A stretch of 64,000 nt of DNA from an uncultured Candidatus Rokubacteria bacterium (GTDB lineage: Bacteria; Methylomirabilota; Methylomirabilia; Rokubacteriales; DASRDR01), in assembly GCA_963826115.1 (NCBI GenBank), contig CAWGVS010000011.1, forward strand, positions 128,001 through 192,000, given 5' to 3'. Under the pieces are notes generated by a model that was not told where the DNA came from, made no database searches, and worked only from the letters and a program-made list of their open reading frames with translations. Shown here piece by piece: positions 44,258 to 55,520 of the stretch. The position numbers were made by a program, and so were the translations under genes. Within the stretch, counting starts at the first letter, position 1. Each line of letters starts with the position of its first letter.

Positions 44258-45590
44258 ATGGGCATGCAATGGTGGTGGCGACGTGTCGTGCCGGGGGGCC
44301 TCGTCGCGCTCCTCGCATTCGCCGCCGCGGGACCGGCGTTTGCCGACATCCTGCTCGGCGGTGTGGCGCCGCTCTCCCAGCCGGGTGACGTGGCGGGCGG
44401 GCAGGAGATGAAGTGGGCGATGGAGCAGGCCGTCAACGACGTCAACGCCAAGGGCGGCGTGCTCGGCCAGAAGATCCGCCTCGTCTTCTACGACACGCAG
44501 AACAAGCCCGACGTGTGCGCGTCCGTCGCCAAGCGCCTCGTCCAGGAGGACAAGGTGGTCGCGGTGGTGGGCGAGTTCCATTCCGGCTGCGCGCTCGCCC
44601 AGATCCCGACCTACAACCAGGCCGGGCATGCCCGTCGTGTTCTCGGAGACCTACAACGACAAGATCACCGCGGGCGATCCGGCCGATCCGAACCTGCCGG
44701 CCAATCCGCCGACGATCTTCCGCATCGCGCCCACGTCGACCTACTACTCGGGGTTCGTCGCCGACTGGATCGTGAACGGCGTCAAGGCCAAGAAGGTCGT
44801 CCAGGTCGTCGACACGACCGACTACGGCGTCGGCGCGGCCAGCGCGCTGAAGGAGGCGCTCGACAAGGCGGGCATCAAGCTGGCCCAGGTGTCGGTCGAG
44901 CTGGCCCAGCCGGACTACGCGTCCATCATGTCGCGGCTCAAGAACGAGAATCCCGACGCCGACGTCGTCTACTACGACGTGTCCGAGACGGCGACCGCCT
45001 ACGTGGTGATGCAGAACGGCATCGACGTCGGCCTCTCGAACGCCAAGAACATCTGCGTCGGGAACCCGGCGATGCGGGACGCCCAGAGCTTCTGGCGGGC
45101 GGTGCCGAACGGCGTGGGCTGCCTGTTCCAGCTGGTCGGCCTCACGTCCACCCAGTTCAACGAGCAGGCGAAGTCGCTCGACCAGCGGGCCCGGACGGCG
45201 CTCGGGCACGAGGCGCGCAACTACGCGTTCGAGGCCTACGACTCCGTCTTCCTCGTCGTCGACGCCATCCGGCGGGCGAACAGCACGGACGCGAAGGCGA
45301 TCGTGAAGGCGCTCGAGCAGACGTCCATGGTCGGGACGCAGGGCAAGTACGCCTTCACGTACAACTCGCAGAACCCGGTGCCGAAGGACAAGCCGGGCTG
45401 GCTCTGGCACCAGTACGCCGAGCCGCCGCTCCAGCTCCTCGAGTTCACGAAGAAGGGGCAGACCTCCGAAGAGGCGCCGACCGTCTGGCCGCCCGCGCGC
45501 CAGACGCAGGCCGGCAAGGCGTTCATCCCCGTCGACCCGCTGAGCGCCGCGCGCCGTCGGCGGGCCGTGCCGTCGCGCGACTGCGGCTAG
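44258..45590 (+). CDS. LivK-like substrate-binding protein (frameshift ~44627)
   Basis: Signal peptide, VNAKGGVLG, VVGEFHSG, FRIAP, AYDSV. Confidence 0.82.
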
Positions 45591-45623
45591 TCGCGCGGCG
45601 GCGCGGCGCCGCGGTCGGCTCCG

Positions 45624-46833
45624 ATGAGCGTCCTCGTCGTCTGGCTCGTTCTGGCGGGACCGCTCTGGTCGATCGCGGGCGCGGCCTTGCTGCCCCGCCG
45701 GTATCGCGAGCGCCGGGCCGATCCCCGCCTCGCCGGACTGGCCGGCGGGCTCTGGGGCGCCGCGCTGGGCGCGGTGGCGGTCCCGTGGCTCCATCGCCGC
45801 GTCCCGACGCTCCGGCGCGGGCCGCACGTCCTCCTCCCGGCGCTCTTGCTGACCGCGGAGCTCGCGTGGCTCTTCGCGCGCGGGTTCCCGGCGAACCCGT
45901 GCGTCACGAGATTCGCTCTACGTCCTGGACCAGATCCAGACCGGCCTGACCGTCGGTCTCGTCTACGCCACCATGGCGGTCGGCCTGACGCTGATCTACT
46001 CGGTGCAGCGGATCGTCAGCTTCACCCACGGCCAGTTCGTCATGTTCGGCGGAGTCACGGCGTTCGTCCTCCTGCGCGATTCGCCGTGGAGTCCCTACGC
46101 GGTCCTCCCGGTGGTCGGCCTGGCGTCGCTCGTCCTCGGGGTCGGGGTGGCGGCCGTGCTGCTCCGGCCGGTCCAGGCCGGCACGGTGGAGCGGCCGGAC
46201 GAGTACGCGATCCTGATGACCTTCGGCTTCGGGCTGTTCCTGACGTACGCGCTCGTCGGCACGCTCGGCGCGCCGGTGGCCGTGCGCACGCCGCGCTACA
46301 CGGATCGGCCGCTCCTCGGCCTCGACACCGCGGTCGTCCAGCTCGGGGGGCCTGCGGTTCCGGATGGATCTGGTGATCGCGGGCGCGCATCGGGCTCCTG
46401 ATCTTCTGTGCCCTCGGCTGGGTCCTCTACCGCACCTGGCTCGGGCTGGAGCTTCCGCGCGGTCTCGATGGATCGCGCCGCGTCGGCCGTCTCGGGAATC
46501 GACGCAGGGCGGGTCTTCGTGCTCGCGTTCGGCATCGGCACGATGCTCGCCGGCGTCTCCGGCGCCGCGCTGGTGCCCGCGTTCAACTTCCAGGTGCCGG
46601 AGATGGCGGCGCAGACCGCGATCCGCTCGTACGTCATCGTCGTCCTCGGCGGGCTGGGCTCGGTGAAGGGGGCGCTCCTCGGCGGCCTCTTCCTCGGCAT
46701 CGTGGAGGCGCTCACCGCCGGCTGCTACCCGGATCCGAGCAAGGGCGCGACCTACCAGGTCGCCTCGGGCCTCGTCGTGTTCCTGGTCGTGCTGCTGGTG
46801 CGGCCGCAGGGATTCTTCGGGAGGACCGAGTGA
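45624..46833 (+). CDS. LivH-like permease with extra N-terminal TM region (frameshifted)
   Basis: VGLTLIYS, FTHG, VVLGGLGS, RPQGFFG. Confidence 0.75.
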
Positions 46834-48709
46834 CCGCGGCGGCGGCCGCGCGCGAGCGCCCGCGGCGGGCCTCTGGTCGGTCGCGCTCGTCGCGGCCCTC
46901 TTGCTGGTGTTTGCCCTGGCGCCGGTCTTCTGGCTGGGCTCGGGCTACCAGCTGGACGTCGCCCGGCGGGCGCTCTACGCGGCGTGCCTCACGGGCATCT
47001 GGTCCCTGCTGGCGGGCGTCGCGGGGCAGTTCTCGTTCGGGCACGTGGCCATCGCGGGGATCGCCGCCTACGCCGGCGCCGTCTGGGGACGCCAGGTCTC
47101 CGCGCAGGTCCCGGTGCTCGGGCACGATCTGGGTGGCGATCCTCGTCGGCGTGGTCGCGGCCTGGATCCTCGGCACCGTCCTCGGCTTCGTCGTGCTCCG
47201 TCTGCGCGGCTCCTACCTGGCGCTCTTCACGCTCGCCTTCGGCGAGATCGCGCGCCTGGTGATCATCGCCGAGAAGGATGTCACCGGCGGGCGGCTCTCG
47301 CTGGCGATCGCGCAGCTCCCCGGCACCAGCCGGGACCACTACTACGTCATGCTCGTGACGGGCGTGCTCGTGTTCGCCGTCGTCTACGCGGTCATCGGCT
47401 CGCGGGTCGGCCTGTTCCTGCGCGCGCTCCGGGAGGACCCGACGCGGCCTCCGCGATGGGCGTGGACGTCGTCTCGCTGAAGATCCTGGTGTTCAGCCTC
47501 ACCTCGCTCCTGGTCGGGCTCACGGCGTCGATCTACTTCCACACCGTCCCGCGCCTCACGCCGGAGATCCTGGACCTCCTGGAGATGGGCTTCCTCGTGG
47601 TCTACGCGGTCGTGGGCGGCCTCGAGAGCCCGGTGGCCGGCGCCGTCGCTGCGATCATCCTCGTCGTCATGCTGGAGGCTCTTCGCGTCATCACGGTCGG
47701 CCCCTATCGCTTCGAGCCCGGGGTCTGGCGCTTCGCCGTGTTCGGCGCGCTCCTGGTCGTGACGCTGCGCCTCGCGCCCGACGGGTTCATCGCGCCACTG
47801 GTCGCCCGGCTCGGCCGCGTGGGCCGCCGCCCCGCGCCGACGCCTGCGGCCGCGCCGGAGGGACTCCGGCGCGCGGGCGCGATCGCCTCGCCAGCCAGCG
47901 CGCGAGGCGCCGCCCGCGTCCCAGGACCGGAGCGCCGAGCGATCGACCTCCGGGTCGAGCGCGTGACCATGCACTTCGGCGGGTTCGTCGCGCTGGACGG
48001 CGTCGACCTTCTGGTGGATCGCCCGCAGATCTGCGGGGTGATCGGTCCGAACGGCGCGGGCAAGACCACGCTCGTCAACGTCATGAGCGGCTACTACGAG
48101 CCGACCGGTGGCGCGGTCATCCTCGGGGGCGAGCGAGTGGACGGTCTGCGCCCGCACGAGCTGGTGCGGCGCGGGCTCGGGCGGACGTTCCAGGTCACTC
48201 GGGGCTGGCGTCGGCTGACGGTCCTGGAGAATCTCCTGGTGCCGGAGCTGGCCATCCACGCCACCGAGGGCCGCGACGCCGCGCTGCGCCGGGCCCGCCG
48301 GACCCTCGACCTGGTCAACCTTGGCCATCTGGCCGACGAGCAGGCGCGGGCGCTCTCCGGCGGGCAGCAGAAGCTCCTGGAGCTCGCCCGGCTCCTGATG
48401 CTCGATCCGGACGTCCTCTTGCTCGACGAGCCCTTCGCCGGCGTGCACCCCGTGCTGAAGCAGTCGATCGCCGACCTGGTGCGGCGGCTGCGAGCGGAAG
48501 GCCGGGCGGTCGTCCTCATCGAGCACGACCTTGGCACCGTGTTCAGCCTGTGCGAGCGGCTCGTCGTGCTCGACGCCGGGCGCGTGGTCGCCGATGGCGA
48601 GCCGATCGCGTCAAGCGCGATCCGCGGGTCATCGCCGCCTACCTCGCGCGGGGAGCTCGGGGCACCGCCGACGGCGCGCGGCGAGGGGCGGGACCCTGGC
48701 GATGCTTGA
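46830..48709 (+). CDS. LivM-LivG fusion (permease + ATPase), frameshifted
   Basis: SFGH, YLALFTLAFGE, VVGGLES followed in one frame by GPNGAGKTT, LSGGQ, DEPFAG, IEHD. Confidence 0.8.
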
Positions 48710-49428
48710 GGTGCGCGACCTGTACGCGGGCTACTACCGGGACCTCCACATCCTCCGCGGCGTGAGCGTCGTCGCGCGGCCGGGCCGCGTGACCGCCATC
48801 CTCGGCGCGAACGGGGTCGGGAAGTCGACGCTCCTGAAGGCGATCTTCGGCTTCCTGAGGCCGACCAGCGGGCAGGTGCTCCTGGACGGCGTCGAGATCA
48901 CCGGAACGCCGCCCCACCGGATGGTCGAGCGGGGCGTGGCGTACGGGCCGCAGCAGCCGGGGATCTTCGCCGAGATGACCGTCGAGGAGAACATCATGAT
49001 CGGCGCCTGGACGTTCCGAGGCGACCGCGGACGGATCCGCCGGAAGCTCGACGAGAACTACGCACGCTTCCCCGTGCTCCAGGGCCGCCGGCGCAGCGCT
49101 GGCCGGCGAGCTGTCCGGGGGACAGCGGCGGATGGTCGAGCTGGCCCGGGTGCTGATGAGCGATCCGCGCTACCTCCTCATCGACGAGCCGACGGCGGGA
49201 GTGGCGCCCATCGTCGCCGAGGGCGTCTATGCGACGTTGACGGCGCTGCGCGCCGAGGGCGTGGGTATCGTCCTCGTCGACCAGGACATTCGCCGCGCCC
49301 TCCGGCTGGCCGACTACGTCTACGTGATCGACCTGGGCCAGAACCGGCTGGAGGGCGCGCCGTCGGAGATGGGCAGCGTGGAGACCGTTTTCTGGCAAGG
49401 CGCGGGGTGGACCGCGGACTCGCCGTAG
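48702..49428 (+). CDS. LivF-like ATPase (frameshift ~49098)
   Basis: GANGVGKST, LSGGQ, IDEPTAG. Confidence 0.82.
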
Positions 49429-49542
49429 GTGTGCGGCCCGGTCACTCGCAGATCTGAGCGGAGGCCTTGGACCGGTCCTGATGGCGGCGGCTCCCGATGA
49501 AAAACGTGTCTTCCCCGCCCGACGAGCTGACGGCCCGCCGGC

Positions 49543-50793
49543 TCAGGAAGCGGGGGCGAGCGCGATGGCGCCGGCCCCGGCCAGCCCGGCGACCTCGGCC
49601 GGAGAGAGCCCGAGGAGCTCGGTCAGCACCTCGGCGGTGTGCTCGCCGAGAAGCGGGGCGGGGCGGCGGATCGACGGAGGCGTCGCGGACGCGCGGAACG
49701 GGAAGCCCAGCATCCGGGCGCGCCCTCCGTGAGCCTCGTAGGTCGGCTGCTCCACCTCGGCCAGGAGCCCCAGGTGCTTGATCTGCGGATCGTCGAAGAC
49801 CTCGTCCAGCTCGTAGATCGGTCCGCCCGCGATCGAGGCCGCCTCGAAGCGCGTGACCCACTCGGCGGTCGTCCCGGTCGCGAGGGCCGTCTCGACGCGG
49901 GCCTTCATCTCCTCGTGGTTCTCGAGGCGCCCGAGGTTCGTCGCGAAGCGCGGCTCGGTCCGCAGGACCTCGTCGCCGAGGACCCGGCAGAAGCGGTCCC
50001 ACTGCTCGGGATTCATGAGGACGATGTTGAGCCAGCCGTCCTTCGTCCGGAAGGCCTCGGCGGGCGTCAGCGTCGGGTTGCGGTTCCCCACGCGCGCCGG
50101 CCGCTTGCCGGAGTCGAAGAGATGGGCGACCGGATCGGGGAGGAGGCCGAGCGTCGCGGCGAGCAGGTTCACGTCGACGTGCTGCCCCCGGCCGGCCCGG
50201 AGCCGGTGGACCAGGGCCGCCGTGGTGGCGCCGAAGGCCAGATAGGCGGCCGCCACGTCGGCGATCGATCCGCCGGCCCGCGTCGGCGGATCGCCCGGCA
50301 TGCCGGTGATGCCCATCAGGCCGCCCATGCCCTGGGCGATGGTGTTGTAGCCGGGGCGCTGGGCGTAGGGGCCGGTCTGCCCGAACCCGCTCACGGAGAC
50401 GTAGACGATCCCGGGGTTCATGGCGCTCACGGCCTCGTAGCCCACTCCGAGCCGGTCGGCGACGCCCGGCACGAAGTTCTCGACCAGCACGTCGGAGCGG
50501 GCGGCCAGCTCACGGAGGATCCGCGCCCCCTCCGGCTTCTGGAGGTCGAGGGCGATCCCGCGCTTGTTGCGGTTGACCGCCGCGAACACGGCGCTCATGC
50601 CGCCGCGCCCGGTGCGCGCCCGCCACTCGCGAAGGTCGTCCCCCCGCTCCGGCCGCTCGACCTTGATCACGTCCGCTCCGAGGTCGGCGAGCAGCATCGC
50701 GCAGTACGGGCCCGCAAGGACCCGCGAGAGATCGAGGACCCGGATTCCCCCCAGCATCGGGGGAGTCTCCGGGTTGCCGGACGGCGGCATCAC
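49543..50793 (-). CDS. family III CoA-transferase (CaiB/BaiF)
   Basis: LDLSRVLAGP, LGADVIKVE, NRNKR, ENF.PG, GFGQTGP, APLLGEHT. Confidence 0.92.
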   Translation of the reverse strand: MMPPSGNPETPPMLGGIRVLDLSRVLAGPYCAMLLADLGADVIKVERPERGDDLREWRARTGRGGMSAVFAAVNRNKRGIALDLQKPEGARILRELAARSDVLVENFVPGVADRLGVGYEAVSAMNPGIVYVSVSGFGQTGPYAQRPGYNTIAQGMGGLMGITGMPGDPPTRAGGSIADVAAAYLAFGATTAALVHRLRAGRGQHVDVNLLAATLGLLPDPVAHLFDSGKRPARVGNRNPTLTPAEAFRTKDGWLNIVLMNPEQWDRFCRVLGDEVLRTEPRFATNLGRLENHEEMKARVETALATGTTAEWVTRFEAASIAGGPIYELDEVFDDPQIKHLGLLAEVEQPTYEAHGGRARMLGFPFRASATPPSIRRPAPLLGEHTAEVLTELLGLSPAEVAGLAGAGAIALAPAS

Positions 50794-50797
50794 GCGC

Positions 50798-51531
50798 TCA
50801 CTCCCGGGGAAGGAAGCCCTCGGTCATCGCGTTGACCTCGGGGATGCCCGTGCGGGCGATGGCGTTGATCCGGGCCTTCACCTGCGCCAGCGGCCCGAAC
50901 GGCTTGGCCGCGAGGCTCCCGGCGTACTCGCGCACGGCGGCAGCGAGCTGCTCGCCAGGAACGACGCGATGGACGAGGCCCATCGCGTGCGCCTCGGCCG
51001 CCGTGTACCGCCGGCACTCCATGATGATCTCCTTGGCGCGCGCCGGGCCCACCAGGCGGACGAACCGCGTGGTCGACGCCACCCCGAGAGGCACGCCCAG
51101 GTCGACCTCGGGGATCGCGAGCATCGCCTCCGCCGCCGCCCAGCGGAAGTCGCAGGCGAGCGTCAGGCCGAACCCGCCTCCGATCGCGTGACCGTTGACC
51201 ATCGCGATCGTCGCCTGCTCGAGGTTCTCGAGGAGCGTGGTGACCCGCTCGAAGAGCCGCCGGAACTGGTTCGGCGTCGAGAGGAAGACCTGCCGCCGCT
51301 CCTGGGGGACATCCCGCGCCGGGCCGGGAAGTGCGCGCCGGCCGAGAAGACCGGCGGCGCCCCGGTGACGATCACCACGCGCGCCCGCGCGTCGTCGCGG
51401 AGGGCGCCGAGGGCCTCGATCAGCTCGCCGAGCATGGCGTCGCTCAGCGAGTTCCGGTGCTCCGGACGGTCGAGGGTGACGGTCGCGATCGCGCCGTCGT
51501 GGCGCACCGTGACGTTGGCGCCGGTCGTCAC
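50798..51531 (-). CDS. enoyl-CoA hydratase/isomerase (frameshifted)
   Basis: LDRPEHRNSL, FSAG, NGHAIGGG, PEVDLG. Confidence 0.85.
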
Positions 51532-51532
51532 C

Positions 51533-51821
51533 CTACGCTCCGTCGACGAAGACGAGGTTCGCGTTCGAGGCCGCGAGGCGCATCGCCTTGGGCTCGCGGT
51601 ACTCCTCCGAGTCGTACCACTCGCGGGCCTTCGCCAGGCTCGGGAACTCGAGTATCACGAGACGCTGCGGGCGCCAGCTGCCCTCGACGACCTGGTGCTC
51701 GCCGCCCCGCACCAGGAAGCGGCCCCCCGTACGCAGCGAGAGTCGCCGGCACCCGCTGCCGGTACTCCGCGTAGCGCGCGGGATCCGTGACCTCGAGATC
51801 CACGATGACGTAGGCGGCCAT
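51533..51821 (-). CDS. DUF1330 family protein (frameshifted)
   Basis: MAAYVIVD..V.DP..Y..Y, GGRFLVRGG, ILEFPS..KAREWYDSEEY. Confidence 0.85.
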
Positions 51822-52086
51822 GGGCGTCCTCCCGGCCCGAGCCGGATTGTTCGTCGCCTCGCGGCGGAGCGCAGCTCCGCCGACCCGGTCGGCCGCCGGC
51901 ATGGTAGCCCGGGCGAGAGCCTCGACGCCAGGGACCCCATGCGGCGCACACCGCTCGCATCCGGGTTGCGCGATCAGGAGCCACCCCGGGGCCCCGGAAG
52001 TGGCTCCAGCGCGACGATGCACCTGGCGATCGGGAGCGAGCTACACTGAGCGGCACGTGAATTGCTCGCGGGCCAGGGAGGCCGGG

Positions 52087-53091
52087 ATGCACCGACATCG
52101 CCGTCGCCAGCTCCTGCAGGTCGGCTTGGCCCTCGTGGGTATCGGCCTCCTGGCTGGCTGGGAGGCACCTGATCTGGGGGCGGAGAAAGTGCCCCGGATC
52201 GGTTTTCTCGCCGTGGGCTCGCACGAGGGCCGGGCCTTCCTGATCGAGGGCTTCCTGAAGGGACTGCGTGAGCGCGGTTACGTCGTGGGCCAGAACATCG
52301 TCATCGAGTATCGCTTCTCGGAGGGCCAGAACGATCGTTTGCCCGGGCTCGCGGCCGAGCTCGTCAACCTGAAGGTGGACCTCATCCTGGCCTCCGGAAG
52401 TCCGGCGAGCTTTGCGGCCAAACAGGCCACCAGCACGATCCCGATCGTCATGGGCAGCCTCGCCGCCGATCCGGTCGAGACCGGCCTCGTCGTGAGCCTG
52501 GCACGACCAGGCGGCAACATCACGGGAATGACCGAGATGGCCGCGCAGCTCGGCGGGAAGCGCCTCGAGCTGCTCAAGCAGACCGTGCCGAGCCTTTCAC
52601 GAGTCGCCGTCCTCTGGAATCCAGCTAATCCCGCCTACGGTCCGATCTTGAGGGAGCTCGAGGCGGCGGCCCCCCGACTTGGGCTGGAGCTTCAGCGCCT
52701 CGAGGTGCGGGCGCCCGAGGACTTCGACGGTGCCCTTCAGGCCGCGATCCGGCAGCGCGCCGGCGCGTTGTTCGTGCCGGGCGATCCCCTGGTCACCAAC
52801 CGGCCCAGAGTGGTCGCGGACCTTGCCCTGAAGTACCGACTGCCGACGATGACCGACTTCAAGGAGCTGCCCGGAGTCGGAGGCCTCATGTCCTTCGGGC
52901 CGGATCTCGTCGATTCGTACCGGCGCGCGGCAACCCACGTGGACAAGATTCTGAAGGGGGCGAAGCCGGCCGACCTCCCGATGGAACAGCCCACGAAGTT
53001 CGATCTGGTCGTCAATTTGAAGACCGCCAGGGCTCTCGGCCTGGCCATTCCGCCGTCGGTCCTGGCGCAGACCACGCAAGTGATCCAGTAG
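52087..53091 (+). CDS. orphan ABC transporter substrate-binding protein (ABC_sub_bind-like)
   Basis: PRIGFL, GYVVGQNIVIEYR, SLARPGGNITG, GKRLELLK, KILKGAKPADLPMEQPTKFDLVVNLKTA. Confidence 0.88.
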   Translation: MHRHRRRQLLQVGLALVGIGLLAGWEAPDLGAEKVPRIGFLAVGSHEGRAFLIEGFLKGLRERGYVVGQNIVIEYRFSEGQNDRLPGLAAELVNLKVDLILASGSPASFAAKQATSTIPIVMGSLAADPVETGLVVSLARPGGNITGMTEMAAQLGGKRLELLKQTVPSLSRVAVLWNPANPAYGPILRELEAAAPRLGLELQRLEVRAPEDFDGALQAAIRQRAGALFVPGDPLVTNRPRVVADLALKYRLPTMTDFKELPGVGGLMSFGPDLVDSYRRAATHVDKILKGAKPADLPMEQPTKFDLVVNLKTARALGLAIPPSVLAQTTQVIQ

Positions 53092-53105
53092 GAAAGATCC
53101 GCGCT

Positions 53106-53738
53106 CTACGGAGACTGTCCCGCGGCGCCCCGGAGCCGCGCCAGCACCAGCCATTCGCGGCCCTGGCGGCCTTCGGGGGACGCGAAGGGAACGTAGTCCT
53201 CGACGATCTCGAACCGCGACGCGGCGAGGAGCGCTCGGACCTCCGCCTCGCTCACGGCGAACGGCGGGCCGCCGGGCTTGTCTCCCATGGGGAAGAAGCA
53301 GGCGAGGAGCCATCCGCCAGGCTTGAGGATGGCGGCGAGCACGTCGACATACTCCGCCCGGCGCGCGGGATCGATGGCGCAGTAACAGGTGTATTCCCAG
53401 ATGCCGTCGAAGAAGCCAGGATAGGCCCGGGCGAGCCCGAACACGTCACGGTCCTCGTAGGTGACGTCTAGCCGCTCGCGCAGGGCGAGCTCACGCGCGG
53501 CGACCAGGACTTCCGGCACGAAGTCGAAGCCGAGGACGTGGTGGCCGCGGCGAGCCAGGAGCCGCGCGTCGTGGCCCCGGCCGCAGCCGGGGACGGCCAC
53601 GGCTCCCGGGGGCAGGGGACGGCGGGCGAGGTCGGCGGCGAGGGAGGGGCTGGGGCGCCCCAGCTCCCAGCGGTCGCTCCCTTGGCCGTAGAGGCCCTGC
53701 CAGAAGCCGGCGTCACTGACCGTCGGCTCGCTCGTCAC
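53106..53738 (-). CDS. thiopurine/thiol S-methyltransferase family
   Basis: FWQ..Y, WELGRP, VPGCGRGHD, EYTCYCAI.P, GPPF. Confidence 0.85.
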   Translation of the reverse strand: MTSEPTVSDAGFWQGLYGQGSDRWELGRPSPSLAADLARRPLPPGAVAVPGCGRGHDARLLARRGHHVLGFDFVPEVLVAARELALRERLDVTYEDRDVFGLARAYPGFFDGIWEYTCYCAIDPARRAEYVDVLAAILKPGGWLLACFFPMGDKPGGPPFAVSEAEVRALLAASRFEIVEDYVPFASPEGRQGREWLVLARLRGAAGQSP

Positions 53739-53828
53739 AGGCGCCGGCCCGCCGGCGGCGCGACCGATTCGTTGACATCCGCGGCCGCGTCGGCGGACGA
53801 TAGCAGGGACGAGGAGGCCCTGATTCTC

Positions 53829-54071
53829 ATGGTCGTCGTCGTCTGCTTCGTCGCCTCGCTCTTGTCCTTCCTCTTGCCGGGCGCGGTGATCGGCCTTCTC
53901 GGCAAGGTCCTGAACGACGCGCTCGGTGATCCCCTGTGGGCTCTCGTGCCGCCCGCGCGCGGCTCGCTGGTCGTGAGCGAGACGGAGGGGCCCATGCTGA
54001 CCCTCCAGGGCGTCCTGGCGCTCTACGTCCCGCTGGTGCTGATCCTGCTCTTGAGCCAGCGGGGCCGCTAG
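53829..54071 (+). CDS. small hypothetical membrane protein
   Basis: SD GAGGAGG; two hydrophobic segments. Confidence 0.55.
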   Translation: MVVVVCFVASLLSFLLPGAVIGLLGKVLNDALGDPLWALVPPARGSLVVSETEGPMLTLQGVLALYVPLVLILLLSQRGR

Positions 54072-54081
54072 CGCCTCGGGG

Positions 54082-54594
54082 TCAGGCGGGCGGGCGCGCC
54101 GGGGCGAGCCGGCTGCCGAGCACGAGCAGCACCACGCCGGCGACGAAGAATCCCACCGTCAGGTAGACGACCTGGGGCACGACGCGGTCGAGGTAGAGAT
54201 CGATCGCCGGGCGGACCTCCTGGAAGCGCGGGAGCGTGTCCGCGAAGTGGCTCAGGAGCCACTCGCGCCCGAAGAGCGTGAACAGGATGCCGAGGAAGCC
54301 CGGCAGGAAGGTCAGCATCCCCAGCGCCTTCAGCGAGCCGCTCAGCGAGCGGGTCACCCAGAGCCGCACGATCAGCGCGGCGGCCATCAGGCCGATCGCG
54401 AGCCAGAGGAGCACGGGCGACGTCCCGACCGGCACCTGCTTGAGCTCGGCGGGCTGGATGCGCAGGAGCACGAACGGGATCAGGAGGGTGAGCCCCGTCG
54501 TGTAGGCCGTGCTGACGAACAGCCGCCAGGCGACCGCCCCGGCGACGCGCTCGACCAAGGGCGTCGAGCCGCCGCGGCTCCCGTCGCCGCTCAT
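54082..54594 (-). CDS. hypothetical membrane protein
   Basis: ATG overlapping the VOC stop; about four TM segments. Confidence 0.7.
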   Translation of the reverse strand: MSGDGSRGGSTPLVERVAGAVAWRLFVSTAYTTGLTLLIPFVLLRIQPAELKQVPVGTSPVLLWLAIGLMAAALIVRLWVTRSLSGSLKALGMLTFLPGFLGILFTLFGREWLLSHFADTLPRFQEVRPAIDLYLDRVVPQVVYLTVGFFVAGVVLLVLGSRLAPARPPA

Positions 54595-55091
54595 TATCCC
54601 CGGCGGGTGGCGCCGGTGGTGGCGGCCGCCGCGTCGGCCGGGCTCGCCGACGGGCCCTGGTAGAGCTCGACGGTGAAGCCGTCCGGATCCCGGAGGTAGA
54701 CGCCCCAGCCGCCCGCGTGGGTGCCCGCGGTGATCTCCGCCGGCTCCGAGATCAGCGTCACGCCCCGGCGCCGGAGCTCGACACAGACCGCCCGCACGTC
54801 GTCGACCTTGAAGCAGAGGTGGCCGTTGCCGGGGCGGTTGGTCGCGCGATCGGTCGGCGGCGCGGGGTGCGAGACGTACTGGAGGAGCTCCAGCATGCTG
54901 CCGCCGGCCGCCGGCTGGAGATGCGCCGTCTCGAGGCGCACGCCTTCGAAGCCCGTGATGGTCGCCAGGTAGGGCGCGGTGCCCGTCTGCCGCTTGATGA
55001 GCGTCAGTCCGAGGATGTCCCGGTAGAAGACCAGCGAGCGCTCGATGTCGCTCACCGTGAAGCCGGTGTGATAGACAGGGCCGACCTGCAT
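54594..55091 (-). CDS. VOC/glyoxalase family protein
   Basis: HTGFTVSD.ERS..FY, ELLQY, HLCF.V, RDPDGFTVEL. Confidence 0.9.
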   Translation of the reverse strand: MQVGPVYHTGFTVSDIERSLVFYRDILGLTLIKRQTGTAPYLATITGFEGVRLETAHLQPAAGGSMLELLQYVSHPAPPTDRATNRPGNGHLCFKVDDVRAVCVELRRRGVTLISEPAEITAGTHAGGWGVYLRDPDGFTVELYQGPSASPADAAAATTGATRRG

Positions 55092-55110
55092 TGCCGCCTC
55101 CTAGCCCCAA

Positions 55111-55509
55111 CTAACCAAGGACCGCGATCGCGTCGATCTCGATCAGGGCGTCGTCGTCCCAGAGTCCCCGGACCTCCACCAGCGTGGTGGCGGGCCAGTG
55201 GCCTTCCATCATCTCACGGTAGACCTGCCCGATCTCGTGGGCCTTCGCGCGGTACTCGCGCTTGTCGACCACGTAGAACGTCACCTTCACGAGGTCCCGC
55301 AGGGTTCCGCCGCGCGCGCCGACGACCGCCCCGACGTTGGCGAGCGCGTGCCGGAACTGTCCGACCAGGTCGCCGGTCGGGGCGATCCGGCCCTCGGCGT
55401 CGAGAGCCGTCTGGCCCGCGACGAAGAGGATCCGCCCCTGCGCCTCGATCCCGTGCGAGTAGCCCGAGGGCTTCGGCAGCCACGGCGGATTCACGATCAC
55501 CTTCGGCAC
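55111..55509 (-). CDS. RidA/YjgF family protein
   Basis: P.GYSHG, VAGQ, WPATTLVEV, IEIDAIA. Confidence 0.88.
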   Translation of the reverse strand: MPKVIVNPPWLPKPSGYSHGIEAQGRILFVAGQTALDAEGRIAPTGDLVGQFRHALANVGAVVGARGGTLRDLVKVTFYVVDKREYRAKAHEIGQVYREMMEGHWPATTLVEVRGLWDDDALIEIDAIAVLG

Positions 55510-55520
55510 GAGTTCCTCCT

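Noticed and set aside
10949-51821. Numerous frameshifted genes as pseudogenes or programmed frameshifts
   Set aside because: Indels cluster by region (10.4-12.8, 33.4-40.3, 44.6-49.1 kb), no in-frame nonsense decay or slippery sites were noticed, and motifs are intact; most consistent with long-read error.
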